Shown in pieces: positions 19,594 through 28,988 of a stretch of 64,000 bases of DNA; within the stretch, counting starts at the first letter, position 1, and each line of letters opens with the position of its first letter. A program made the translations under genes and the position numbers. The stretch is taken from contig JACOXU010000001.1 of assembly GCA_016182185.1 (NCBI GenBank), forward strand, positions 338,915 through 402,914, read 5' to 3'. This stretch comes from Candidatus Levyibacteriota bacterium (lineage in GTDB: Bacteria; Patescibacteriota; Microgenomatia; Levybacterales; UBA12049). The notes under the pieces are model-generated. The model did no database searches. It worked only from the letters and a program-made list of their open reading frames with translations, and was not told where the DNA came from.

Positions 19594-20061
19594 TTAGGTC
19601 AATTTATTAATCGTTATTCTTCTCTGATTGTCATTCAAATGTTCAAATGTTATATCCCATCGCTTCCTAGGCAAAAATTTTTCAATTTTTTCTGCCCATT
19701 CGATCGCAACAATATTTTTTTTATCTTTAATTATTTCATCGATTCCAAGCCCTTCAATATCTTTTTCATCTTTAATTCGGTAAAGATCGACGTGATAGAA
19801 AGATTTTACTTTTTGGGATTTGGGATTTGGGGTTTGGGGTTTTAACTTGTATGCTCTTAGAATAATAAAAGTCGGAGAGATAATTCTTTTTTTAATCCCC
19901 AAGCTTTTTGCCAATCCCTGGGCAAATGTTGTCTTGCCACTGCCTAATTCTCCATAGAGCGCAAGAACATTACTCTTTTCCAGAGTTTTGGAAAGATTCT
20001 TAGCTAATTCTTGGGTCTCTTCAAGATTTTTGGTGATGTATACTTTTGTTTGGTTATTCAC
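19594..20061 (-). CDS. tsaE: t6A ATPase TsaE
   Basis: LYGELGSGKTTF, SPTF, YHVDLYR, IEWA. Confidence 0.95.
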   Translation of the reverse strand: MNNQTKVYITKNLEETQELAKNLSKTLEKSNVLALYGELGSGKTTFAQGLAKSLGIKKRIISPTFIILRAYKLKPQTPNPKSQKVKSFYHVDLYRIKDEKDIEGLGIDEIIKDKKNIVAIEWAEKIEKFLPRKRWDITFEHLNDNQRRITINKLT

Positions 20062-20905
20062 TTTTTCTCTCGCTTAATTTTTTCCAAAAAGGACGGCCAA
20101 ACAGTATACCACATATAGCCACCAAAACTACTCCTATCGCAATTAAAATTTTGGGTAAATTATTCTGGGTAGCGCCTAAGGTTTTTACCTCATTTGATTT
20201 TTCTTCATTTTTCACCCTAGGAGATGGCGTGGAAATCTTTTCTTCGGCAGAGAGTTTAACCGTTGACTGGTTTTTTTCTCCCAAAACCGCCTTATAGTTT
20301 AGGGTCTGTGATTTGGCTCCTTGAAAAACTGTAGGGCTTAAACTGGACTTTGTAGATGCAACAGTAGGAGTTTTAGATGTACTTTTGCTCGCCGTTGTCT
20401 TAGTTGGAGTAGGTGTAGCTGTCGGAGCAAGAGTTGGGGTTGGCGGCGCATAATTGGGGCCTCCTTTCGTACTTGATGAAAGTATTGCAAATTCTCCATC
20501 TCCATCCGGAAACCTGCCAATTGGTATATCAGCCCCGGGATCTTCTGTAAATTGATATTGATCAATAATTTCTCCGGTTGGTGAAAAAAGAACTACGTAA
20601 TCTCCATCATTGTTCAAAAATGAGCTAATTTCGAAATAAGGATATGAAGAGCTGCTATTATTAATAGTTGTCAAACTTTTTTTACTACTACTTCCCGTAT
20701 CGCTATTAAAATCCGTATCGTCATCAAGAAAATAGCTAGAAAGATCGATATTATCTGGATTATAAAATTCTACCCATTCTTTATTCCCGGAGCTGGGGTG
20801 GGCCAAAAATTCATTAATTACGATAGTTTCTGAAGCATACGCTTGTGAGGGTAAAAAAAATAAGAGAATTAAAAAAAACGAAAAAAAATTAATAATTTTT
20901 TTCAT
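20054..20905 (-). CDS. Lamin-tail-domain surface protein with Pro/Thr linker and C-terminal TM
   Basis: Signal peptide; VINEF......EWVE.YN...DLS.Y.L.D, LNN.GD.V.L; PTPT repeats; TM followed by basic tail. Confidence 0.75.
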   Translation of the reverse strand: MKKIINFFSFFLILLFFLPSQAYASETIVINEFLAHPSSGNKEWVEFYNPDNIDLSSYFLDDDTDFNSDTGSSSKKSLTTINNSSSSYPYFEISSFLNNDGDYVVLFSPTGEIIDQYQFTEDPGADIPIGRFPDGDGEFAILSSSTKGGPNYAPPTPTLAPTATPTPTKTTASKSTSKTPTVASTKSSLSPTVFQGAKSQTLNYKAVLGEKNQSTVKLSAEEKISTPSPRVKNEEKSNEVKTLGATQNNLPKILIAIGVVLVAICGILFGRPFWKKLSERKSE

Positions 20906-22104
20906 TTAAGGATCGTATGAAGATAGAAAGTATCCAAACCATCTTCGTTGTGATGAACTCTGACATAAGGCAGAGTGCATCCCTGATAGCCCGAATAGCT
21001 CCCCCTGAATAAGGTGCCAGATTTAACGGCTTTGACATTATAAGAGGATCCTGATATATCAATCCCATTATGTGTCGGGTAGAAACCGTAAGTTCGAACA
21101 TACCAGGTGTTACCATATCCCTGGTTAAACTTAATTGGAGGATCTATTGGCCAATCCCAGCTGCCAGAAGGATTAAAAGGATCACCTTCTGAGTTATCTG
21201 TATATTCAACAGGTTTTAGGAAATTAAACGGATTAAGCGCTGCCCCATCTCTACTGACTGTAAAATGCACATGTGGTCCGGTTGAATTGCACGATGCAGT
21301 TGGAATAATAGTCGCAATAATATCTCCCTGATTTACATTTCTGACTTCGGATTCTGTTCCTTTTCCCGCGATAATTCCAACAATTGCCTCATACTCTGCC
21401 TTTGCCTGCGCTAGCAATCTTTGATATCTTACTTCATCGCTCTGGGTTATCTCAAGCAGTGCATCTTTGTTTTTCTTCTCCTGTGTTAATTGATTTGTAT
21501 AATCTTCAAGTTTAACCTTAAGAGCTTCAACTTGTTTTTTCTTATCCTCATAAATATTCTTTTGATTTGTATAATCATTTTTGGCCTGCGTCGTATCATA
21601 AATCAGCTTCTTATCATGTTCTTGGGCGATTTTAAGATAGTTAAGCCTTGAGAAAAAATTTGATACGTTATTTGAAGAAAGCAGGATGTGAAAAGGCTGA
21701 ATTGTACCAATCTCGTAAGTTGCCTTAATTCTATTAATTAATACACCAGTAAATTTTGTTAGAGAATCCTCAAGGGTAGAAATTTTCTTCGTTGCAGTAT
21801 CGATATCCAATGTCAAATTTGTGATTTCTGTCTTTGTTGACTCAATCTTAAGCTGGGTAATTTTTATCTGGCTCTCCATAACTGCTATTTGAGAAGATAG
21901 AGTTTTTTTCTGCTTCTGAAGCTCAGAAATCCTATTTTGAAGATCGTTGATTTGGTTTTGTAAATCTTTTATTGCTTGTGAGTTATCGGGAGTTGGAGTT
22001 GGGCTTGGGGTTTGAGCAAAAGTTAAATGATTAAAGACGAGGACTGAAAATAGAAAAAAAGTTATAAATGATACAGTTAAATATTTTTTCAAAACTAGAA
22101 TCAT
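20902..22104 (-). CDS. Coiled-coil plus M23-type peptidoglycan endopeptidase (EnvC/PcsB-like architecture, permuted M23)
   Basis: Signal peptide, long coiled coil, STGPHVHF and HNGID motifs; directly downstream of ftsEX. Confidence 0.8.
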   Translation of the reverse strand: MILVLKKYLTVSFITFFLFSVLVFNHLTFAQTPSPTPTPDNSQAIKDLQNQINDLQNRISELQKQKKTLSSQIAVMESQIKITQLKIESTKTEITNLTLDIDTATKKISTLEDSLTKFTGVLINRIKATYEIGTIQPFHILLSSNNVSNFFSRLNYLKIAQEHDKKLIYDTTQAKNDYTNQKNIYEDKKKQVEALKVKLEDYTNQLTQEKKNKDALLEITQSDEVRYQRLLAQAKAEYEAIVGIIAGKGTESEVRNVNQGDIIATIIPTASCNSTGPHVHFTVSRDGAALNPFNFLKPVEYTDNSEGDPFNPSGSWDWPIDPPIKFNQGYGNTWYVRTYGFYPTHNGIDISGSSYNVKAVKSGTLFRGSYSGYQGCTLPYVRVHHNEDGLDTFYLHTILK

Positions 22105-22123
22105 AATTCATATCTTTTATCTT

Positions 22124-22990
22124 TCATTTTAGATATCGTAAAACTGCCAAATAGCTTGCGAGTGCCCCAATAATAATTGCCATAATAAGTTCAATTAGCA
22201 AAACCTCTGCATAAAAAATAAATGGAACCGGAAGAATGGGAACTCCTCTTAGAAAAGAGGATAGAAATGGGGTTGCATAGACAAGCGCGCCGGATGCAAT
22301 TCCCCAGCCTAAAACAGCACCAATCATTCCATAAAACATTCCTTCAAAAATAAAAGGCCATCTGATATACCAATTTGTCGCTCCTATCAATTTCATTATT
22401 TCAATATCTTCTTTTTTCTGTGAAATCTTAATTCCTGTTATTGTAAGAACAATAAAGAACGAGACCAGTGATAGAACTATTATCAGCCCCAATCCAATTC
22501 GTCTTAGAGCATTGGTCCAAGATGTAAGCGTCGCAACTATATCCTTTTGATAAATAACTTCTTGAACCAAAGGTGATTTCTTCAGGGTCTCGGACACGGT
22601 TCCCAGATCTTGAATTTTATACGTTGATATTTCTATTGAGGCCGGTAAAATATCTGCTGTTACCAAATCAAGGAGTAAGGGATCGTCTTTATTCTGCTCT
22701 TTGTAAATTTTAAGAGCATCTTTTTTTGAAACAAACCTGATTGAAGCGACCTTACCAGAATTTCTGATTTCGTCTTGAAGCGTATCCATTTCTTTTTGCT
22801 TTGCTTCATTGTGAAAAAAGGCTGTTACCTGAGGTTTTGATTCAAAAAAATTAATAATTTTTGATGATCCAGTAATAAGAAATGTAAAAAAAGATACGGT
22901 AAGAAATGTAAGCATCATTATCAAGACTGCGGCAAATGCTTGATAGGGTGATCGTCTAATATTATGCCAGGTTGTCCTATAAAACTTCAT
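22124..22990 (-). CDS. ftsX: Cell division permease FtsX
   Basis: FVSK.DAL, LPASIEI, DIEIMKLIGATNWYIRWPF..EG. Confidence 0.9.
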   Translation of the reverse strand: MKFYRTTWHNIRRSPYQAFAAVLIMMLTFLTVSFFTFLITGSSKIINFFESKPQVTAFFHNEAKQKEMDTLQDEIRNSGKVASIRFVSKKDALKIYKEQNKDDPLLLDLVTADILPASIEISTYKIQDLGTVSETLKKSPLVQEVIYQKDIVATLTSWTNALRRIGLGLIIVLSLVSFFIVLTITGIKISQKKEDIEIMKLIGATNWYIRWPFIFEGMFYGMIGAVLGWGIASGALVYATPFLSSFLRGVPILPVPFIFYAEVLLIELIMAIIIGALASYLAVLRYLK

Positions 22991-23007
22991 ACTTCAATTA
23001 ATTCAGC

Positions 23008-23034
23008 ATGACCCTGAGCTTGTCGAAGGGTCAT
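23008..23034. repeat. REP-like palindromic element overlapping the ftsE stop codon
   Basis: ATGACCCT-GAGCTTGTCGA-AGGGTCAT: perfect 8-bp stem, GC-rich in an AT-rich context. Confidence 0.6.
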
Positions 23035-23750
23035 TTTGTTTCTTTGGGCCTCTCAGCCGACTCTTGTTCTTTCTTTTCCTCAGATTTTTTCTTCTCATCT
23101 TTTACAATACGCCCTTTCTCAAGCTTTACAACTCTTTTTGAAAGTTTGCTGACAATATCTGTATTGTGAGTTGCCATGATAATTGTCGTTCCCTTCGCAT
23201 TGATGTCAGACAGAATCTTAACAATTTCCCATGAAGTTTCTATATCCAAATTTCCTGTAGGCTCATCTGCCAATAAAATCTCAGGTGACAAGACAAGAGC
23301 CCTTGCAATGGCTGCTCTTTGCATTTCACCGCCTGAAAGTTGAATCGGAAATTTATCCTTATGCTCAATTAATCCAACCTGGGTAAGAACTTCCTCAACC
23401 TTTCTTTTGATTTCTTCTTCCTTCTTACCTACAATTTCAAGAGGCAAGGCAATATTTTCAAATATGGTTCTGTCAAGAAGTAATTTTAAATCTTGAAAAA
23501 CCACTCCCACCTTTTTTCGAAGATGAGGTATCTTTTGCTTCGGAAGTTTTCCGATATTCCAATCATTCACGATAATTACTCCCTCTGTAGGAAGAAGCTC
23601 TCTTGTGATGAGTCGAAAAATAGTAGTTTTACCGCTCCCTGTCGGACCAACAAGAAATACGAATTCCTGTTTATCAACGTTGAGATTAATTTCTGATAAC
23701 GCGAAGACTCCTGTGCCAAACTTCTTTGATACTTTATCAAGTTTTATCAT
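23031..23750 (-). CDS. ftsE: Cell division ATP-binding protein FtsE
   Basis: GPTGSGKT, GVVFQD.KLL, LSGGEMQR, ADEPTGNLD; upstream of ftsX. Confidence 0.9.
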   Translation of the reverse strand: MIKLDKVSKKFGTGVFALSEINLNVDKQEFVFLVGPTGSGKTTIFRLITRELLPTEGVIIVNDWNIGKLPKQKIPHLRKKVGVVFQDLKLLLDRTIFENIALPLEIVGKKEEEIKRKVEEVLTQVGLIEHKDKFPIQLSGGEMQRAAIARALVLSPEILLADEPTGNLDIETSWEIVKILSDINAKGTTIIMATHNTDIVSKLSKRVVKLEKGRIVKDEKKKSEEKKEQESAERPKETK

Positions 23751-23800
23751 ATATGCACGTAAATATAGCCCTTGCAGATCTTATCTTATAATAAGAAGGA

Positions 23801-24274
23801 CTATTGGATAACTTCTACTCTTCCGACATCCATCAACCAACCAGCATACTGGGCTTTTTGAGTTTGACCCCAAACCTTTATCTTCTTGTCAATTAATTTT
23901 GACAAATCAACTGTTGATGAAGTCATGTAAACATTTTGACTGTCGCCGCCTGGTCTTACTAGATGAAATGCTCCTTCTCCTTCAATTCCGCCTTCCTTAA
24001 GAATTCCCTCGGCTGTATCTTTAAAAGTTTTAAGGTCATCTGAACCAAGTTTTGTTCCTTTGGAGATTTTGGATGAATCAGTTAAATTGCCTGTAGAAAT
24101 ATTACCAACCTCCACTCCTTTTGAGGAAAGGACATAGCCCGTACCAATACCTAGAATTAAAATCACAGTTAAAATAAGGAAAAATTTAAGCGTAAATATA
24201 TTTTGGCTTTTCTCAAAATTATGTACAATAGGAGGTTCCTGCGACTGGTCAATATCTTTTTTTTCTTCTTCCAT
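23801..24274 (-). CDS. Hypothetical membrane-anchored protein (possible OB-fold C-terminus)
   Basis: Single TM; beta-rich C-terminal domain (G.L..GG..GEG..HL.R.GG, KVWG). Confidence 0.65.
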   Translation of the reverse strand: MEEEKKDIDQSQEPPIVHNFEKSQNIFTLKFFLILTVILILGIGTGYVLSSKGVEVGNISTGNLTDSSKISKGTKLGSDDLKTFKDTAEGILKEGGIEGEGAFHLVRPGGDSQNVYMTSSTVDLSKLIDKKIKVWGQTQKAQYAGWLMDVGRVEVIQ

Positions 24275-24325
24275 CCTTAAAATCCTCTCTTAAAGTAAAG
24301 CATATTTCTCTCATTTTGGCAAATT

Positions 24326-25330
24326 CTAAAGTTTTCTTAATTCCTCATCTATAAAAGAGTCTAAATCGCCATCAAAAACAGCTTCTGTATTGGTGGTCTC
24401 ATATCCTGTGCGTAAGTCTTTAACCATGTGATATGGGTGCAATACATAAGAGCGAATCTGATTCCCCCAGCCTGGGGTTTTATATCCGCCTTTTAATCTT
24501 TGTTCTTCCTTTTTTCTTTCTTCTTCCCTCAAAATCCAAAGCTTTGCACGGAGCATTTTAAGCGCGTATTCACGATTCTGTCCCTGATAGCGCTGGGCTT
24601 GGGCCGTAATTATTATTCCTGTAGGCTTATGTTTAAGCCTCACGGCAGTTGAGACCTTTTGTACATTTTGTCCGCCCTTGCTGCTTGACCGGTAAAAATC
24701 CCATTCAAGATCATCCTCTTTGATAATAATCTTGCTGTCTTCTCCAATCTCTGGCATTACCTCAACTAAGGCAAAAGATGTATGTCTTAAGTTATCTGCA
24801 TTGAAAGGAGATAGCCTCACCAATCTATGCACACCAGATTCTCTTTTTAAATAGCCGTACGAATATTTCCCATCGATTGAAATGGTGAGACTTTTTATAC
24901 CTGCTTCTTCTCCCTGAGTCTCCTCAATCAATTCGTATTTCCAATCCTTTCGCTCTAAATATCTAGTATACATTCTGTACAGCATTTGAACGAAATCCAT
25001 AGCTTCAACTCCTCCTTGCCCGGCGTGAATGGAAAGGATAGCGTTTGCTTCATCGTATGCGTTTGAAAGATATAGCAAAACTTCAAGTCTATTCAGCAAT
25101 ATTTCCGCATCTTTATAGTTCCCGGCAGCAACAAGCTCCTTAAGTTTCTCCGCATCTCCGACTTCCTTCTGGAGATTTGCCAAATTTTTCATCTTTGAAG
25201 CTGCGGACTTATGATCTTTCCAGAAAGATGGGCCAAGACTCTCTTGCTCAAGTACCTTGATATCGCTTTTTTTTTGGAAAATATTAAATTTTTCAAGCAG
25301 TTTATCTGCTCTTTCTTTTATTTCATTCAT
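24326..25330 (-). CDS. prfB: Peptide chain release factor 2
   Basis: GVHRLVRLSPF (SPF motif), GGQNV, WGNQIRSYVLHPY. Confidence 0.95.
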   Translation of the reverse strand: MNEIKERADKLLEKFNIFQKKSDIKVLEQESLGPSFWKDHKSAASKMKNLANLQKEVGDAEKLKELVAAGNYKDAEILLNRLEVLLYLSNAYDEANAILSIHAGQGGVEAMDFVQMLYRMYTRYLERKDWKYELIEETQGEEAGIKSLTISIDGKYSYGYLKRESGVHRLVRLSPFNADNLRHTSFALVEVMPEIGEDSKIIIKEDDLEWDFYRSSSKGGQNVQKVSTAVRLKHKPTGIIITAQAQRYQGQNREYALKMLRAKLWILREEERKKEEQRLKGGYKTPGWGNQIRSYVLHPYHMVKDLRTGYETTNTEAVFDGDLDSFIDEELRKL

Positions 25331-25339
25331 TTGTAGAAT

Positions 25340-26605
25340 TTAAGTAACAAAATAAGTCCAGAAAAGGAGGAAGCTTGCTGCCAGCATCACTATAACAGTA
25401 GTAATTCCTAGAATATTAAGAAATATATTATTTGTTCTTTCTCCCATAATTTTTTTATTGTTAGCGATTAATAATATCATCAAAAGAAGCGGCGGGGCAA
25501 TAACTCCATTTATTACAGCTGAATAATATAGGGCGATAATTGGATCTATTCCGATAAAATTGATCAGGAGTCCAACAGCTGTTGCAACGGTAATCACCCC
25601 GTAAAAACCATGAGCGGTCTTGAATTTTCTGCTAAGCCCTGCCTTCCATCCCAGTGTCTCTGATACCGCGTAAGAAGCCGATCCTGCCAGAATAGGAAGG
25701 GCAAGAAGTCCTGTCCCTATAATGCCAACCGCAAAAAACAAAAATGCATAGTCGCCTGCCAAAGGCTTGAGAGCCAAAGCTGCATCAGAAGCACTTTTAA
25801 TATTGTTAATTTTACTGGAAAAAAGAGTAGCTCCTGTTGTTATAATAATAAACCACATCACAATATTTGAAAAAAACATTCCGACAAATGTATCAAGTCT
25901 TAGCCTTGAGATATCTTTTGGTGTTATTTTAGGTTGACCTGCTCCCATTTGGCGCAATTTCCCACGCGAAATTTCTTCTTCAACTTCTTCATCTGCCTGC
26001 CAGAAAAAGAGATATGGAGATATTGTCGTGCCTAAAATAGCTACAATATTTAAAAGATAAATTTTATTAAATTCTATATGGGGTATTATTGTCGAACTAA
26101 AAACATCAAGCCATTCAATCTTTATAATAAACGCAGTAATTATATAAGATATAAGCACGAATGCCAGATATTTTAAATATTTTGCATAAGTTTTATAGGA
26201 AACAAAAATCTCAAGAATAAGAGTTATGAATACCATTGCGAACAGCCAAAAGATAAAAGGTAGGCCAAGAAGAAGTTGTGCGGAAGCTGCCATTGCGCCA
26301 AGATCTGCTCCAATATTTATAGTATTTGCAATAAGAAGCAAAGAAATCATAACGTAAAGCACATACTTGGAATAGTAGCTCTTTATAACTCCCGCAAGGC
26401 CTTTTCCTGTTACAAGTCCAATTCTGCCACACATTTCCTGCACAGCTACCATAAGAGGAAAAGAAAAAATTGCAGTCCAAGCTTGAGCAAAACCAAAGGT
26501 GGCACCGGTTTGTGAATAAGTGGCAATTCCCGACGGATCATCATCAGATGCACCGGTTATGAATCCAGGTCCTAAAAATTTGAAAATTTTTGCGATTTTT
26601 TTCAT
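25340..26605 (-). CDS. NRAMP-related divalent metal transporter
   Basis: LGPG.ITGASDDDPSGIATYSQ.GA, GTTISPYLFFWQ. Confidence 0.85.
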   Translation of the reverse strand: MKKIAKIFKFLGPGFITGASDDDPSGIATYSQTGATFGFAQAWTAIFSFPLMVAVQEMCGRIGLVTGKGLAGVIKSYYSKYVLYVMISLLLIANTINIGADLGAMAASAQLLLGLPFIFWLFAMVFITLILEIFVSYKTYAKYLKYLAFVLISYIITAFIIKIEWLDVFSSTIIPHIEFNKIYLLNIVAILGTTISPYLFFWQADEEVEEEISRGKLRQMGAGQPKITPKDISRLRLDTFVGMFFSNIVMWFIIITTGATLFSSKINNIKSASDAALALKPLAGDYAFLFFAVGIIGTGLLALPILAGSASYAVSETLGWKAGLSRKFKTAHGFYGVITVATAVGLLINFIGIDPIIALYYSAVINGVIAPPLLLMILLIANNKKIMGERTNNIFLNILGITTVIVMLAASFLLFWTYFVT

Positions 26606-26606
26606 T

Positions 26607-26987
26607 CTACAATCCCTTACATATGTTTAAACATGCATCCTTTAATTGATTACTGGGGAGATTTTGTAAGTTTTTTATATCGTTTATTATTTTTTGGATC
26701 TGGGGCGTTGAAGTTGCAATTTCTGAAATGTTAATATTCTCTGCGTCCTGTTTTATTGACTCTAATTTTTGTGACACTGCTGAGCCTATATCGGGGGCAG
26801 ACCTTTGATTTGGATTTTTATATGTTGCTACACCCTTAATTGCTGAGAAAGAAGGTTTGTTTTTCAAAAAATTTGAAATCGTATTCCCTTTTAACTCTAA
26901 GCCAATACCTATTAAAACGGCTATTAAAAAACTTGCAATAAGTATTCTTTTTTTATTCCAAGATTCCTGAAATCCAACCTCCTTCAT
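26607..26987 (-). CDS. Hypothetical single-TM protein with C-terminal CxxxC
   Basis: 126 aa; TACAAT -10 box 6 nt upstream of the ATG. Confidence 0.65.
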   Translation of the reverse strand: MKEVGFQESWNKKRILIASFLIAVLIGIGLELKGNTISNFLKNKPSFSAIKGVATYKNPNQRSAPDIGSAVSQKLESIKQDAENINISEIATSTPQIQKIINDIKNLQNLPSNQLKDACLNICKGL

Positions 26988-27030
26988 GAAGTAATTGTAG
27001 GCTATGCAATCTTCATTTGCAAACCAAAAA

Positions 27031-28269
27031 TTAAGTCATTCCAATAAGCATAAGCATGTAGTCTCTGAGAAGTCTAGGCATTAGATATTTTTCCCGAACG
27101 CTTTCTTTTGCTTTCTCACCCATCCGAGTTTTAAGATTAACGTCCTTAAGAAGTGTAATTACTGCATTCGTACATTGCTCTATGGTTTCCACCAAAAAAC
27201 CGCTTATCCCATCCTCTATTTGTACTTTTATACCCCCAGTTTTACCGCCTACAACAGGATTTTTTTTCCACATTGCTTCAGTTACAGTGAGGCCAAAGCC
27301 TTCTCTTTTTGACTTTTGAATAACTACATCTGCAATAGTCTGTAAAGCATTAATCTCTATGGAACCTAGTCCATCTCTATCAGAAAGTATAAATATATTC
27401 TCATCATTTATTGTTTTATCTTTAATCTCTTGAATAACTTGAATTGCTTCAGGATCATCTTCCGGAAGAGACCCTGTAAGAATTAACTGAGAATCAGGAA
27501 AATGTTTTCTTACTTGAAGATATGACTTAATTACCCCCAAAGGATCTTTCCAATGGTCAAAACGCGAAATTTGAACAAGAATTGGCCGTCTAGGATCAAT
27601 TTTAAATCTTCTTAACATATTTTCAGCAAAATCTCTATTAATTATGACGTTTTTCAAGGAAAGCGGGTCAATCGCCGGAGGGAAGAATAATAATTTATCT
27701 TTATTTATTCCTTCAAGTTCATATTCCGATAAAGAAAATATAACTCTTGAATATTTATTTACAAAAGGAACTATCATGGCTCTTGCCCATTCATTTACAA
27801 AAGAAGTATCCACATGACAGTGCCATACAGTTTTAAATTTTTTGCAAACCTCAGCACCTGCTGACAATGGCTGTGGATCATTAATTATTAAGACGTCTGA
27901 ATTAAGCTGCTTTAGCTGTTCTGCAATTTGCTTATTGGTGTCTATATATTGTTTCAGTTCTTTGTCTGAGAATTTTCCTTGCTGACCCTGCAATAAATTA
28001 TGCAATTTTTTGGTTGTGGAGAAAAAATTTGGCTCAGTTCGGGTAACATACCAGGCTATATTTATTCCAATACTCTCAAACATCGGAATAAGGCTTTTTA
28101 AAATCTCGGCTACCCCGCCACCTGATGCGGTAGAGTTTACAACGGCAATCTTAATCCTTTTTAATTTCTCCCCTAGAGTTAAGATTTCATTATATAAAAC
28201 TGGAGAGATTATGTCTTTATATTTCTTTATCTCAATTCTCGAATATGGTACTTTGCTAATGTCTGCCAT
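27031..28269 (-). CDS. GT4 glycosyltransferase, trehalose synthase TreT-like
   Basis: VNSTA.GGGVAEIL, TKK.HN.LQG, DPQP, W.CH.D, PAIDPLS.KN, SRFD.WKDP.GV, QKS.REGFGLTVTEAMWK. Confidence 0.8.
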   Translation of the reverse strand: MADISKVPYSRIEIKKYKDIISPVLYNEILTLGEKLKRIKIAVVNSTASGGGVAEILKSLIPMFESIGINIAWYVTRTEPNFFSTTKKLHNLLQGQQGKFSDKELKQYIDTNKQIAEQLKQLNSDVLIINDPQPLSAGAEVCKKFKTVWHCHVDTSFVNEWARAMIVPFVNKYSRVIFSLSEYELEGINKDKLLFFPPAIDPLSLKNVIINRDFAENMLRRFKIDPRRPILVQISRFDHWKDPLGVIKSYLQVRKHFPDSQLILTGSLPEDDPEAIQVIQEIKDKTINDENIFILSDRDGLGSIEINALQTIADVVIQKSKREGFGLTVTEAMWKKNPVVGGKTGGIKVQIEDGISGFLVETIEQCTNAVITLLKDVNLKTRMGEKAKESVREKYLMPRLLRDYMLMLIGMT

Positions 28270-28353
28270 TATAATCTAGAATCTAAATTCTATAATATCA
28301 GCATTGCTAATCCGTGTAAATTTACACTATTGAATTTGTGCTACAATAACAGT

Positions 28354-28689
28354 ATGAATCTTAAAGCTCTTCAGGAAAAAATAAAATTGCTTAATGAGAA
28401 AACAAAACCTCACTATAAATTATATTCTCAAACAGAAAAAGAGATACTAACCAAAACCGTCAAATTAAATGAAGAGGTAGGAGAACTATGTAATGATATT
28501 TTGTCCGTTCTCAAGCTTCAAAGACGTGCAAAACTTCAAAAATTTGACAGAAGAAATATTTATCAAGAATTTGCAGATGTCATCATTACGACTATTCAAC
28601 TTGCTCAAGTTGCAGGCGTAGATATAAACAGAGCCGTCGGAGATAAACTTAAAAAAATTGAAGAAAAATATCTAAAACACAAGAAATGA
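28354..28689 (+). CDS. MazG-like NTP pyrophosphohydrolase
   Basis: KL.EEVGEL...(E)FADV signature; ATG at 28354 lies 6 nt after TGcTACAAT. Confidence 0.75.
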   Translation: MNLKALQEKIKLLNEKTKPHYKLYSQTEKEILTKTVKLNEEVGELCNDILSVLKLQRRAKLQKFDRRNIYQEFADVIITTIQLAQVAGVDINRAVGDKLKKIEEKYLKHKK

Positions 28690-28985
28690 CAGATTTTACC
28701 AATATTTTCAATGCAGTTTCGAAAATTTCTAGAGGTAAAGTCGCAACTTATAAACAAATTGCAAAGATCACAGGAGTCAAAAATCCAAGATATGTAGGTT
28801 TTGCAATTCATCGAAATACAAATATTGTCAAAGTTCCCTGTCACCGTGTAGTAAAATCTGACGGAAAATTAGCAACCGGCTATGCTCATGGAGGAATGAA
28901 AAAACAAAAAGAAATGCTTGAGAAAGAAGGGATTAAATTCGAAAAAGGCAAGATAGATCTTAAGAAATTTCTCTACTCTCTGTAG
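28686..28985 (+). CDS. MGMT/Ogt family O6-alkylguanine DNA repair protein (single domain)
   Basis: G.V.TY.QIA, PRYVG, VPCHRVV active-site motif. Confidence 0.85.
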   Translation: MTDFTNIFNAVSKISRGKVATYKQIAKITGVKNPRYVGFAIHRNTNIVKVPCHRVVKSDGKLATGYAHGGMKKQKEMLEKEGIKFEKGKIDLKKFLYSL

Positions 28986-28988
28986 CAA

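Noticed and set aside
27005-27021. TGCAA-N7-TTGCA upstream of the hypothetical-NRAMP operon, resembling the Fur/Zur box
   Set aside because: Spacing is 7 rather than 5 and it is a single copy; cannot be called an operator without conservation data
28314-28327. 14-bp palindrome GTGTAAATTTACAC between the treT-like and mazG-like genes
   Set aside because: Explained by back-to-back TTTACA -35 elements of divergent promoters
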